NCBI RefSeq assembly: GCF_009914755.1
Contig: NC_060928.1
Origin: the human T2T-CHM13v2.0 reference genome, Homo sapiens
Length of the DNA stretch: 64,000 bases
Reading direction: 5' to 3' (one strand)
The notes under the pieces are model-generated. The model was not told the DNA's origin. It ran no database searches and was given only the letters and a program-made list of their open reading frames with translations. The translations under genes and the position numbers were made by a program. Position 1 is the first letter of the stretch. Each line of letters opens with the position of its first letter. This document shows, in pieces, positions 13,831 to 27,140 of the stretch.

Positions 13831-15249
13831 CTTTACCTTCTTATTTACCAGGCAGAAGCAGAAGAGACTTTTTTGAAGATTACTAAGTTCAACAATTGTG
13901 CCATTTCTGCTTCCTTTCCCTGAGACAAATATAAAATTCATAGTAGACAGTGCACAATCAAATCAAGCCTCTCTCATTTACTTTTAAAAATCTATGAACT
14001 CACTCAAAAATCATAGTTTTCTATATTTTTTGCTAAGGTATACTCAGAACACCCTACTAAATTCCAGGCTGTGCTGTTTCAAGATAAGTCAGGCTGTCTA
14101 TCACTTCTGACTACCCTTTCCTTCACAAAAACAAACAGATTTGGAAGATACCATTTAGAGCTGGTATATGAAGCCCAATTCAGAATCAGTTGAGAATATA
14201 AGCAGGGATATGTTTAGCTCTTTCCATTGACAAGTAATTATTTTCATTATTCCATTGTATTCTGAATGAAAGCATTGACAATGGCCAAAAGTAGCATTAA
14301 GTTTCTTCCATGTGCCAGGAACAGTATTCAGAACCGTACCTGCTATCTCACTTAATTCTCAAAAAACCACAAGAATAAAATATTATTATCTTGAAGTGAC
14401 TTGTCCAAGCTATACCACAATTAAGTTAAACTAAAATATCAATCTTCTGTACTAATTGTTTTACTATTTATTCAAATATTGTCTATCAGTTGCAGTCAAT
14501 AGCCAGGCATTTTTTCTAGCATTGTGTTACCCAGCCTTGAAAGAATTTCTCACTGTCTGAAAAGAAATTTTTGTGGTGCCATCTTAAGACTTCAAGGATT
14601 CTGAGATAAGAGGAAGGAAGAAGAAATGAATTAATTAGTCATGATTTTGTATAAGACTTTTAATCAGAGGCTTTCCTGACAGGATCTTACATGATTTATA
14701 ATCTACAGTTTTTCTTTGTATGGCAAGTAGAACAGAAAAAAGAAGACAGTTCTGAAACTGTTTTACAAGTACTCAGGCAAGGTCAAAAACTAAATAATTG
14801 TTAATAGAAAAGAGGGAAAAGGTAAAGATCACAGATTTTTCTCAGCCAAGCCTGCATATTACTAGCCTGTGTGCTCATCGAAATACTGAATGTCAAAAGG
14901 ATTATTTATTACTTTTGTTGAGACTAATCTTGAAGAAAAATGCCTTGATGCATTTATCAGCTTCCTTCCTCATTTCAAATGTAATAAGATTGCTTTTCTC
15001 TCTTCTTTTAGCCAAGTGGACAATTGATTATTAAGTGGGCTATGTATACACTGGATTATTATTACCTTAGATTTTTGCTGTATTACCTTCTTTTTGCTGT
15101 TTGATTCATTTTCCACAAATGCAGAGCCATGAAGAATATGGATTTGGGGCCACCTTGTGACAGACTTAGAAAAGTCCTATTTATCAAATCCTAGAATTAG
15201 AATTTTGGCTTCCATTCCTAGATCATATTACTTTTCAATAAACATATTT

Positions 15250-17130
15250 TTGCAAAATGGCATCATATTGTAATAGCTGATTTTTACCATTGAGAAGTAT
15301 TATATATACTATGTAGTAAAATAAACCCTGATAATTATATTGAATATTTAACGAGTTCTTATATTTTTTCATTGACATTTCAACTTAGTGAATTATATTG
15401 ATTGACTTTCCTATATTGAGTCAATCTTGTATCCCTTGATGTATTTTTTAAACTTCTAATTTTCAGTTTTCTAATCCTTTATTTTTAAAGAACTTTTACA
15501 TTTATAGTCATATTGTGATTCACCTGAAAAATTCCTTTCAGAAATAGCTCTTGTCAGGTTTTATTATCAGGAATATGTCAGCCTTATGTAGTAAGTCAGA
15601 AAGGGATCTAAATTTTGACACTGTGAAATAATTTCTGTAAGTTTGAATTTTTTTTCCTGAATATTTGGTAGACTTCCCTATTAAAAATGGCTGGTTTTGT
15701 GCATTTCTTGGGTAGGAAATATTGTAAGTATTAATTCAACTTTATTAAAGGTTACAGGTTTATTTAAATATAATATTTCCTCTTTAATTTACTGTTATAT
15801 GTTTCTACAAATTTGTCCATTTTACCTATTTTCACATTAATCGCCACCAAATGATAACATCTTCTTGTTAACTTTGTAATGTCTGCAGTCTTGACCAATC
15901 ACACCAAAATCTATTCAACAACCAACTCTTGGTTTTGGTGATCCTTTCTATTGAATGTGTGTTTCCAATTTCATAAATTTCTACTCTTATATCTAGTTCC
16001 TTCTCTTTGTCTTTTTATTTAATTTAGATATTTTAAGTTCATTTTCTAGCATAGCATTTTAAAGCTGTAAATGTCCCTACATTACCTAGGTCTCATGTGT
16101 TCAACATACGGCAAAATTATCAGTTGATTCTATATATTTTCTAATAAGTTTTTATGTATTTTCTGATTTTCTGATTTTTGAGTTATTTAGAAGTGATTTT
16201 ATTAATTTCCAAATATATGTTGCTTTCAGTATTGTTGAGTTTTTTTCTAAAGTACAGTTTTGTGGTTGATACCTAACTTATTCACACAATAATCACAGAT
16301 CATTGTGTGTATCACAACAAACATCGAAAAGTATTTTTGAGTCTTGCCTTCTATCTAAATATGTGGTCAGCTTTCATAAATGGTCCATGTCTTCTTGAAA
16401 ATACTATGTTCTCTGAAACTATCACCATAATCTTTGCCATGAACCTATCCATTACTTCCAAAAATTTCCTCCTTAACTGTTTGTTATTTTTCTTTTTGTA
16501 TATCAGTTACACCTCAATAAAGTGGGCTTTTTTAAGAAAAGAATATACTCTGTAGCTATTGAAAATTGAGTATGTGGAGATATATATTAATATACATACA
16601 TATACATAAAAAGCACAATTAATACATTTCATGCAATGGATATGTATATATTGATATATATATCATGTATATATGTTTTTACATATATTGATATATATAT
16701 CATGTATATATGTTTTTACATATATTGATATATATATCATGTATATATGTTTTTACATATATATGTATATGTGTATATATATCGATATATATGTGTATAT
16801 GTATCGATACATGTATATACATATATACATATATATCGATATATATGTAAAAACATATATACAGATATATCCATTGCATGGAATGTATTAATTGTGCTTT
16901 TTAATAGTCTGTATCTTAATGTCTTTTCTGCATAAATTATCAATTATTTAAAAATATATGTTAAAATTTTCTAATGAAATATTTATATATTTCTTCTTGG
17001 ACTTATTTATGATATTTTATATATTACATATTTTGAATCTATCATATACAAATAAATTTGATTTCAATATACTCCAGACTAAGTGACTTTTTATAACCAT
17101 GTATATACTCTCTTAATGTCTAGAAATGTT
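15250..17130 (-). mobile_element. Old degraded L1M fragments
   Basis: T-rich sequence with antisense L1 ORF2-like phrases (aaccaactcttggttttggtgatcc, atatgtggtcagctttcataaatggtccatgt); boundaries approximate. Confidence 0.5.
16607..16903. repeat. AT-rich fold-back palindrome containing a 3 x 37-bp tandem repeat
   Basis: Arm taaaaagcacaattaatacatttcatgcaatggatat (16607-16643) and its reverse complement (16867-16903, 1 mismatch); 37-bp units at 16647, 16684 and 16721. Confidence 0.92.
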
Positions 17131-17146
17131 TGGGAAAAAAAAAACT

Positions 17147-17254
17147 CAGCTGACACCTTGATCTTTGACTTCTAGCCTCCAGAATTGTATGAAAATAAAT
17201 TTATGTTTTTAAGTCACTCAGTGTGTGGTACTTTGTTATCAAGCAAACTAATAC
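17147..17254 (+). mobile_element. MLT1 (MaLR) LTR 3' fragment
   Basis: ctgacaccttgatctttgacttctagcctccagaattgt...gcaaactaatac. Confidence 0.7.
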
Positions 17255-17394
17255 GTTACTCATGCCCAGTGGTATTTGCTGTAGATGATACAGAACCATT
17301 GAAGACTCCCAAGGCAGAAAGGTAACCTAATTAGGTTTGTGTTTTAATGGAATCACTTTGCAGTGAATAAGATTGGGGGGCAATAATCAACACT

Positions 17395-20300
17395 TTTAAA
17401 GAAAAGAAATTCTAACCCAGAAATTCATATCCAGCCAAACTAAGCTTCATAAGCAAAAGAAAAATAATGTTTTTTTCAGACAAGCAAATGCTGAGGCATT
17501 TTCTATAAAGCAACCACATAAATAAGTCTGCAAAATAACCAGCTAACATCATGATGACAGGATCAAATCCAAACATATCAATACTAACCTTAAATATAAA
17601 TTGTCTAAATGTCCCAATTAAAAGACACAGAGTGGCAAACTGGATAAAGAACCAAGACCTTTTGGTATGCTATCTTCAAGAGACTGATCTCACATCTGAT
17701 AACACACATAGGCTCAAAATAAAGGCATAGAGAAAAAATCTGCCAAGCAAATGGAAAACAGAAAAAAGCAGGGGTTGCAATCCTAGTTTCTGATAAAACA
17801 GACTTTAAACCAACAAAGGTCAAAAAAGACAAGGGCATTACAAAATAGTAAAGGGTTCAATTTAACAAGTAGATATAACTATTCTAAAGATAGATGCACT
17901 GAACACAAGAGCACCCAGACTCATAAAGCAAGTTGTTAGAGACCTTCAAAGAGACTTAGACTTCCACAAAATAATAGTGGGAGACGTTAATACTCCACTG
18001 ACAATATTAGACAGATCATTGAGAAAAAATTAGCAAAGCTATTCAGGACCTAAACCCAGCACTGAATCAAATGGACCTGATAGATACCTACAGAACTGTC
18101 CACCCCAAAGCAACAGAATATACATTTTTCTCATTGCCACGTGGCACATACTGTAAAACTGATCACATAATTGGAAGTAAGAACTGAAGTCATAACAAAG
18201 AGTCACTCAGAACACAACACAATTAAATTAGAAATCAAGACTAAGAAATTCACTCATAACGATTACAAGGAAAATGAAAAACGTGCCCCTGAATGACTTT
18301 TGAGTAAATTGTAAAATTAAGACAGAAATCAAGAAATTCATTGAAACTACTGCGAACAAAGATTCAACAAATCAGAATGTCTGGGACACAGCTAAGGCAG
18401 TGTTAAGAGGGAAAGTAACAGCACCAAATGCCCACATCAAAAAGTTAGAAAGATCTCAAGTTAGCAACCTAAAATCACAACTAAAAAACCTAGAGAACCA
18501 AATGTAAATCAGTCCCAAAGCTAGCAGAAGACAAAAAATAACCAAAATCAGAGCTGAACTGAAGGAGATTGAGGCATGAAAAACCATTCAGAAGATCAAC
18601 AAATCCAGAAGCTGTATTTTTTGACAAAATTAATAAAGTATATAGACTGCTAGCTAGACTAATAAAGAAGAAAAGAGGGAAGATTCAAATACCCACAGTC
18701 AGAAATGACAAAGGGGATATTACCACTGACCTCCCAGAAATACAAACAACTATCAGAGAATATTATGAACATCTTTATGCACATAAACTAGAAAATCTAA
18801 AAGAAATAGATAAATTATTGGACACATACACCAAGACTGAACCAGGAAGAAACTGAATCCCTGAACAGACCAATACTGGGCTCTGAAATTGAGACAGTAA
18901 TAAATAGAATACCAACTAAAAAAACCCCAGGACCAAATGGATTTACAACTAATTTGACCACATGTAAAGAAGAGCTGGTACCATTCCTACTGAAACGATT
19001 CCTAACAATTGAGGAGAAGGGACTTCTCTCTAACTCATTCTATGAGGCCAGCATCATCCTGACACCAAAGCCTGACAGAGATACAAGAAAAAAAAAAAAG
19101 AAAACTTTATGCCAATATCCTTGATGAACATTGATGCAAATGTTCTCAACAAAATACCGGCAAATTGAATCTAGCAGCACAACAAAGAGCTTATCCACCA
19201 CGACCAATTAGGCTCTATCCTTGGTATGCAAGGTTGGTTCAACATATGCAAATCAATAAATGTGATTTATAATATAAACAGAACTAAAGACAAAAACCAC
19301 ATGATTATCTCAATAGAAGCAGAGAAGGCTTCCGATAAAATTCAACATCCATTCTTGTTAAAAACTCTCAATAAACTAGGTATTGAAGGAACATATCTCA
19401 AAATAATCAGAGCCATATATGACAAACCCACAGTCAATATCACACTGAATGGACAAAAGCTGGAAGCATTCCCCTTGAACACTGGCACAGGCACAGGAGA
19501 AGGGTGCTGTCCCTCACCACTCCTATTCAACATAGTATTGAAAGTCCTGGCCAGGGCAACTGGGCAAGAGAAAAAAATAAAGGGCATCCAAATGGGAAGG
19601 GAGGAAGTCAAATTATGCCCACTTGCAGATAACATGATCTTATATCTAGAAAAACCCATAGTCTCTTCCCAAAAGTTTCTTAAGCTGATAAACAACTCCT
19701 GCAACATCTCAGGATACAAAATCAATGTGAAAAAGTCACTAGCGCTCTTATACACCAACAACAATCAAGCCAATAGCCAAATCAGAAAGAAACTCCCATT
19801 CACAGTTGCCACAAAAAGAATAAAATACCTAAGAATGCAGCTAATTAGAAAAGTGAAAAATCTCTACAAGAAGAGCTACTAGCCACTGCTCAAGGAAATC
19901 AGAGATGGCACAAATGGAAAAACATTGCATGCTAATGATAGGAAAAAGGAATACCGTTAAAATGGCCATATTGCCCAAAACAATTTATAGATTCAATGCT
20001 ATTCCTATTAAACTATCATTGACATTCTCACAGAGCTAGAAAAAATTATTTTAAAATAGATATGAAACCAAAAGAGAGCTGAAATTGCCAAAGCAATTGT
20101 AAGCAAAGAGAATGAAATGGAAGGCATCATGGTACTTGACTTCAAACTATGTTACAAGGCTGCAGAAACCAAAACAGCAGAGTACTGGTACAAAAACAGA
20201 CACATAGACCAATTGAACAGAATAGAGAACCCAGAAATAAGATTATACACTTATAACCACCTGATCTTTGACAAACTTGACAAGAGCAATCAATGTGAAA

Positions 20301-21784
20301 AGGATTCCCTATTTAATAAATGGCGCTGGGATAACTGACTAGCCATATGCAGCACATTGAAACTGGACTACTTCCTTATACCATATACAAAAATTAACTC
20401 AAGATAGATTGAAGACTTAAATGTAAAACCCCAAACTATAAAACCTTGGAAGACAACCTAGGCAATACCATTCAGGACATAGACATGAGCAAAGATTTCA
20501 TGATAAAAATGCCAAAAGCAATTGCACCCAAAGCAAAAATCAACAAATAGCATCTAACTAAAATAAAGAGCTTCTGCACAGCAAAAGAAACTATGAACAG
20601 AATAAACAAACAACATACAGAATGAGAGAATGTTTCTGCAAACTATGCATTGGATAAAGGTCTAATATCCAGTATCTATAAGGAACTTAAACATATTTAC
20701 AAAAAAGTAACACTCCCTTAAAAAATGGGCAAAGGACATGAACACTTTTCAAAACAAGGCATACATGTGGCCAACAATCACATGAAAAAAAAGCTGAACA
20801 TCACTGACCATTAGAGAAATGCAAATCAAAACCACAATGAGATACTTTCTCACACCATCAGAATGATTATTCTTGAAAAGTCAAAAAATAACAGATGCTG
20901 GTGATGTTGTGGAGAAAAGGGAATGCTTATACGCTGTTGGTGGGGGTGTAAATTATACTTTCATGTATAAATGCTTATACACTGCTAGCAAGGAGCAGCA
21001 GTCAGGATGTCTTAGATGGCCTGATTAATTAGTGTGCCATGGGAAAGAAATGTGCTTCACCCAGGCATACAAAGGGGATGTCTTTCTGGAGGCTTTATGT
21101 CTCAGCATTCCATAGAGGCTGAGTGTAACCAGGGTGGAACTAGGTACTACTGAGACAGAAATAATGGAAGAAAATGGATACCAGTCCTGGCATGTGAAAG
21201 ACACTGTGGCAATTCATCAAAGTCCTAAAGACAGAAATACCATTCAACCCAGCAATCCCGTTATTGAATATACACCCAAAGAAATATAAATCGTTCGGTT
21301 ATAAAGACACAGGAATGCATATGTTCATTGCAGTGCTATTCACAATAACAAAGACATGGAATCAACCTAAACTGCCATCAATAATAGACTGGATAAAAAA
21401 AGTGTGGTACATACACACTATGGAATACTATGCAGCCATAACAAAGAATGAGATCGTGTCCTTTGAAGGGATGTGGAAGGAACTGGAGGCCATTTTTGTT
21501 ATCAAACTAACACAGGAACAGAAAACCAAATACCACATGTTCTCACTTGTAAGTGGGAGCTAAACGATGAGAACACATGAACACATGAAGAGGAACAACA
21601 CACACTGGGTCCTCAAGGAGGGTGGAGGGTGGGAGGGGGAAGAGGATCAGGAAAAATAACTGACAGGTACTAGGCTTTATACCTGGGTGATGAAATAATC
21701 TGTACAACAACCCCCCATGAAATAAGTTGACCTACTTAACAAACCCGTACATACACCCCTGAATTTAAAATAAAAGTTAAAAAA
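17395..21784 (+). mobile_element. 5'-truncated older primate L1 (L1PA13-16-like): ORF1 end, ORF2 and 3'UTR
   Basis: ORF2 EN/RT fragments ([22 protein letters not shown]) with many stops; 3'UTR aggatcaggaaaaataac...aaaataaaagttaaaaaa. Confidence 0.9.
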
Positions 21785-23211
21785 GTATTGATCGAAGGAT
21801 ACAGATGACTGGAACTAGGGAGACTTGTTAAGAAGTTATATCAATAGTCAGGTGAATGCCAGATTTAAGGCAATTGCATGGGGAAGGGAGAGGAAGAGTC
21901 ATGAGAGTTGTTAAAAGGACAAAATGGCAGGATCTAAAGCCCAGGTGGAGTTCTAGCTGGAGCAGAGAAGAGAGACAGGCTCAATCTATGATGAAACTTA
22001 GGTTCCTCCCTGGCTTAGGCAGCTGAGTGAATTGTTTATAAAGCAAAATGGAAATACAGAGGAAGAGTAGGCTCCCCATGTGAACTTTAGGGAGAGCTAA
22101 CTAAATTACAGTGGTTGCATGTTAACATTGGCAGCAAGAAGAAAGTGGAGCAGACAGGCATTGGTCCAGATTAACATTATAGTAGCTGATGTTCCAGTAA
22201 AGGGAAGCTGTCAGAGCTGCTGGCAAGGATCAGCATCAGGATGTCTTAGATGGCCTGATGAATTTCTTCACGTTAGTTTCATGGGGAAGAAATGTGCTTC
22301 ACCCAGGCATACACAGAGGGTCTCTTTCTGGGGGCTTTATGTCTCAACATTCCATAGAGGCTGAGTGTAGCCAGGGTGGAGCTAAGTACTAATAACTGAG
22401 ATAGAAATAATGGAAGAGAACGGAGATAACAATCCTGGCATCATGGCTTGGTTCTGCCATTAACAGGTTTTATAACCTTGAGCAGGCTAGTTGATTTCTC
22501 TTTTTTCATTTCCTTTTACTAGCACATCATAGTAAAAATGAGATAATTGTTATTATGATGCTTCATTAGCTAATGAATACTTGAAGGGCTCAGGAAATGT
22601 CTCTTGAAGGAAGTGATTTACAAATTAAGAGCTGAAGATTCAGTAAAAATAAGCCAGATGAACGGGCTAAGTGTTGGAGAGGAGGTAAAACATTTTCCAA
22701 TTACAGGGAATGGCATGTGGAAGGCCCCAAGCCAAAACAGAAAATAGTCATTTCAGGGAACCAAGTAGTGATCTGATCTAACTAGGGCATACAATTTCAC
22801 AGAGAAGCAATGAGGAAACCTAAATTATAAGCAGTTAAATAACTTGATCAAGGTCACCTAGCTAACAAAGTTCTGATCTGTGAATTGAACATGTCTGCAT
22901 CTGCATTTTAACTATTAATTATGTACAGGCTTCCTACAATGCCACACAAATAGGAGGAGATCATTGCTAAGGATGATACAGGCATAATATTTCTCAGTGT
23001 GTCTAGGATGTTATATGGTGAATATTCTCTTGAGTTTAAGTTTTTGAAATCATGGTGAGATAATGTTAGAACTGAGAGTCATTAGGTATATAGAATTAGA
23101 CCACAAGAAGGAGGGGAAACTCCAAAATAAATCAATGGATAAACTACTAACCCTTGCTCTCACTCTAGTCCTCTGGAAATATAAACATCATCTCAAAATG
23201 GGGTTTCTGAC

Positions 23212-23583
23212 TGATGTAGTTTGGTTGTGTCCCCACTCGAATCTCATCTTGAATTGTAATTCACATAATCCCCATGTGTCATGGAAGGGACCTGGTGGGA
23301 AGTAATTGAATTATGGGGGTGATTATCCCATGCTGCTGTTTTCTTGAGAGTGAGTGAGTTCTCAGGAGAGCTGATGATTTTATAAGGGCTTTCCCCCTTT
23401 TGCTTGGCATTTCTTCTTGACACCACCATGTGAAGGACATGTTTGCTTCCCCTTCCACCAAGATTGTAAGTTCCTGAGGCCACCCCAGCTATGCTGAACT
23501 GTGGGTCAATTAAACCTCTTTCCTTTACAAATTATCCAGTCTCAGGTATGTCTTTAATTAGCGGTGTGAGACTAGACTAAATA
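23212..23583 (+). mobile_element. THE1 (MaLR) solo LTR, THE1C/D-like
   Basis: tgatgtagtttggttgtgtcccc...caattaaacctctttcc...actagactaa; ~370 bp. Confidence 0.85.
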
Positions 23584-25199
23584 AGCTCTGAAAAGACATG
23601 TTATTTGCATTTATTTTATTAAAAAATCCAAATCAATTCAGTTTTGTAAAGCACAAATAATGTTATTAAATATACTATCCAAAGACTGGATGAACTGACT
23701 TTGTCCACACCTCTTCCCTAGAGCACTCACCCATAGCAGATTACATTAATTTAAGATCTTCTCCTTGTCCTCTGTATTCTGATGTTTTACTATGAGGAGA
23801 CAAGGTGTTGAATTGTTTTTATTTGTTCTGTATGTAGTTTGTTGAGATTCCCAAATATGAGACTTGTTGTCTCTGGCAGCCATGAAGGCACATCACTCAG
23901 ATTTTCCTCCGACAAGACCTGCTGCAGGAGCTCAGCTGATGGCCCACAGTGGCAGGGCAGCTAGCTTACTAGTGCACTTTTATTAGTGGCATTCCCATCT
24001 TTATATTATTCCCATCTACTTCCCTGCTGGCCTTCCTTGCACCTCCCAAGTACTTACTTACACTTCAATCTTTGTTCCAGAGTTTTCTCTTGTTATCTCA
24101 TTTCTACCCAATGATTTGTTGACTCTGCCTGGAGGTGAGCTTCTGGCAACACTATATTGGAGATACAGAATTTCCACCAAAGATTTTGGAAAAAATTTCT
24201 TTAAGTTAATAGGCCTATGTTTGATCTGTATAAGACAACATACAACCATTGTTGTCATATATATGTATAGTAAGGGTAATTATAGCATAGGTCACTTTGA
24301 ATATCCTACCTCGTTATGTAATAAGTATGGATTCAATTCATTTAAATCTACAACAGAGCTTTTGTTTAAATGTCAATCTAGTTAAAAGAAAAAAATTATT
24401 ATCAAGACATTTTGACATGTACTGTACTTATCATTAATCTTTTTGGTAATGATCATCACTCATACATCCTTAAGAGCCTCAGGAAAACTAATTTTTCATC
24501 TTTCAATGTGACTCTGGAAAGGAGACTATTTTGATAATTAAAACTGGGGATACCACCTGTTAATAAATGGTTCTTATAAAATTCTAAGGTGATTTAATAT
24601 TATTTATTGTTTTTAACAACTGTAAAATACATGTATTTCAAAATAAACTTGTGTCAAATATTACTCTAACTATATATTTAGAATACAATGTTCTGTGTGC
24701 ACTACCACACTTTCTACCATTGACTATGAATAATGTCTGTTTTAAAGTATGATAAAACTTTTTCCAGCAATAAACAAATCAGAAAACATTTGTTACTATG
24801 TACAAGGTTCTGTGTTAGGTTTAGTAATCTACATGTGCATCTCCCAAGCTGTCCCCATAGAATGTTTATTATATATTATTTAGCATTCTATCTCTAACAC
24901 TCTTTTTAGGCAGTTTTTGCTTGTTTGGCCTTCAGAGTCTCATTAAGATATCATTTATAATTAGGTGGGGAAAGCATACATTGTCCAAATCAAAAGGAAA
25001 GTATTCTGTGTTCCTGTTTAAGTGCCCATTTAAATTGATGCTGAAGTTTTCAACTGCTATTCACAGACTACAGGGCTCTACCTGAATTTTCAGGATTCTT
25101 TAGACGCTCATTAAGTGCAGACATGGCCACCTCAACTTTCTTTAGGAGTGGAAACTCCAAGATTTAAAAATAATAAAATTCTATGTTGATTTATGATAT

Positions 25200-27140
25200 A
25201 AAAAGAAAGCTCAAGAAATTATTAATAGCAGGTAATTTTCTCAACCTCAAATAAATATTAACCTAAAATAATATAAATATTATATAAAATATATAAAATA
25301 ATATAAATATTAACCTAAAATAAATATTATACTTAGTGGTAAATGTTTGGACAGTTTCTTAAGAACAAAACAAGAGTGTCTGCTATCAACACTTCCCTTC
25401 AAACATGTACTAAAAATTTTAATCAGTACAGTGAGGCTAGAAAAATATATAAAAATTGATAATAGGTGAAAACAAAAAACTGCCATTAGTAGTAGATTGC
25501 ATAATTGTCTATGTAGAAAATGCAAAATGATTTACACTACTAGAATACTGATGAGTATAAAAATTAGATACAAAAACCAGAAAACACAGTCTTCAAGACA
25601 CTATTTACAATAGTGGCCAAATACAAAAGTCTCTAGAAACAAGATAAACAATGTACAAGGAGAAACATTTTTTAATATTAAAGACCTTAATTTATGGGCT
25701 ATACCATAAAATGTTAATATCTTAAACTTGCATCAACTGTCTCTCCCAAAACTGATCTATAAAGTCAATAAAGTTGAATTCAAAAGTTACATATTGACAA
25801 AGTAATTCTAAGGTGTATATCAAAGAACTGAGAAGAGATCAGTGACTCCTAAAGAAGAAAAACAATTTTGGGAGACTTGCCTTTTCAGTTATCAAGAAAT
25901 TTTATAATAATATAGTGATTAGGATAGTATAGCACTCATGTAGATATGACATACTGACCAATGAGAAAAAAACAAAGTCTAGAAACAAACTACACATATA
26001 AGAAATCTTGATTTATGACAGAGATTGAAAAATGATTAACATTTCAACACATGATACTGCACCAATTTGTAATCATATAAAAAATAAAATTAAACTTCTA
26101 CCTCACATTATAGAGAAAAATCAATTCTGAGTAGATTAAAGTTCTAAGTAAGAAAGACAAATCTACTTAATTTTTAGAAGACAATGTAGAATATTTTATG
26201 ATTCTGAGAAAAGATCAGCCGTAAGAGAAAAAATTATATTATAGAAAATTCACTTTAAAACACACTGCAGAGATAACTTTGTGCCACATATGTAAGTGAC
26301 AAATGATTACCATCCAAAATTTTTTAAAGCTTTTATGAAAAGGCTAATAGCACAACAGAACAAGTGGACAAAAGAAACAGAAGTTTCACAGAGGACCAAC
26401 TACAAATGGTTCATAAATGTGAAAAGATATTCACCTTCATTTATAATAAGGAAAAAAGCAAATTAAAATCACTATATGATACCATTATAGAGTCATTTAG
26501 CAACAATTTCAGAAGTCTGAAAATTTCAAGGGATGGCCAGTGAGTGGAGGAAAGAAACTTTCATGAATTGCTAGTGGGTGTGGTAAATGAGTACAATCAT
26601 TTTAAAAATAATTTTTTATGATTTGGTAAAGTTGAATATATGCATGCCATATGAGCCAGTAATTCCACTCCTACATATATATCCTAAAGTATCTCTAGGA
26701 CTTATATACCCAGGGCTCAGCACAAAAAATGTTGAGAGCTATGTTACTAGTATTAGCAAAACTGTAAGCAACTCAAATTTCCACACAGCAGTGGACCAGA
26801 TAAGTATTTGTGTTGCCACAAAATGTAATAGCAGTCATTGACTGAAATAAATCATCCTATATGAAATTCACAAACAAGTTCCTAAATGACAAAATTAGGT
26901 CATATCTGTGTAGCATCAGCTCATTTTTCCAAAGTTCAAAACAAATAAAATTAATAATCAATTGTTTAGGATTTTACTTATAGATGTTAAGCACTACAAT
27001 AAGTGGGAATGACTGACACTGAGTTCAAGTTAAGGGTTAAGGTGCAAGGAGTGTGACAGGAAAGGAGAAAGATGAGATTTGGAATGGGTACAGAGAGTAC
27101 TTCCAGTATCCTGCTAATGTTCATATCTTAAACATGGAAA
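25200..27140 (+). mobile_element. Old degraded L1M (L1ME-like) ORF2/3' region
   Basis: A-rich L1-like phrases (ctacctcacattatagagaaaaatcaattc, gccagtaattccactcctac); boundaries approximate. Confidence 0.55.

Noticed and set aside
16647-16757. 37-bp repeats of CRISPR-like length
   Set aside because: Head-to-tail units with no spacers, in eukaryotic DNA, with no cas genes
16673-16943. Three overlapping Y/I/M-rich ORFs
   Set aside because: Artefacts of translating a TA-rich repeat
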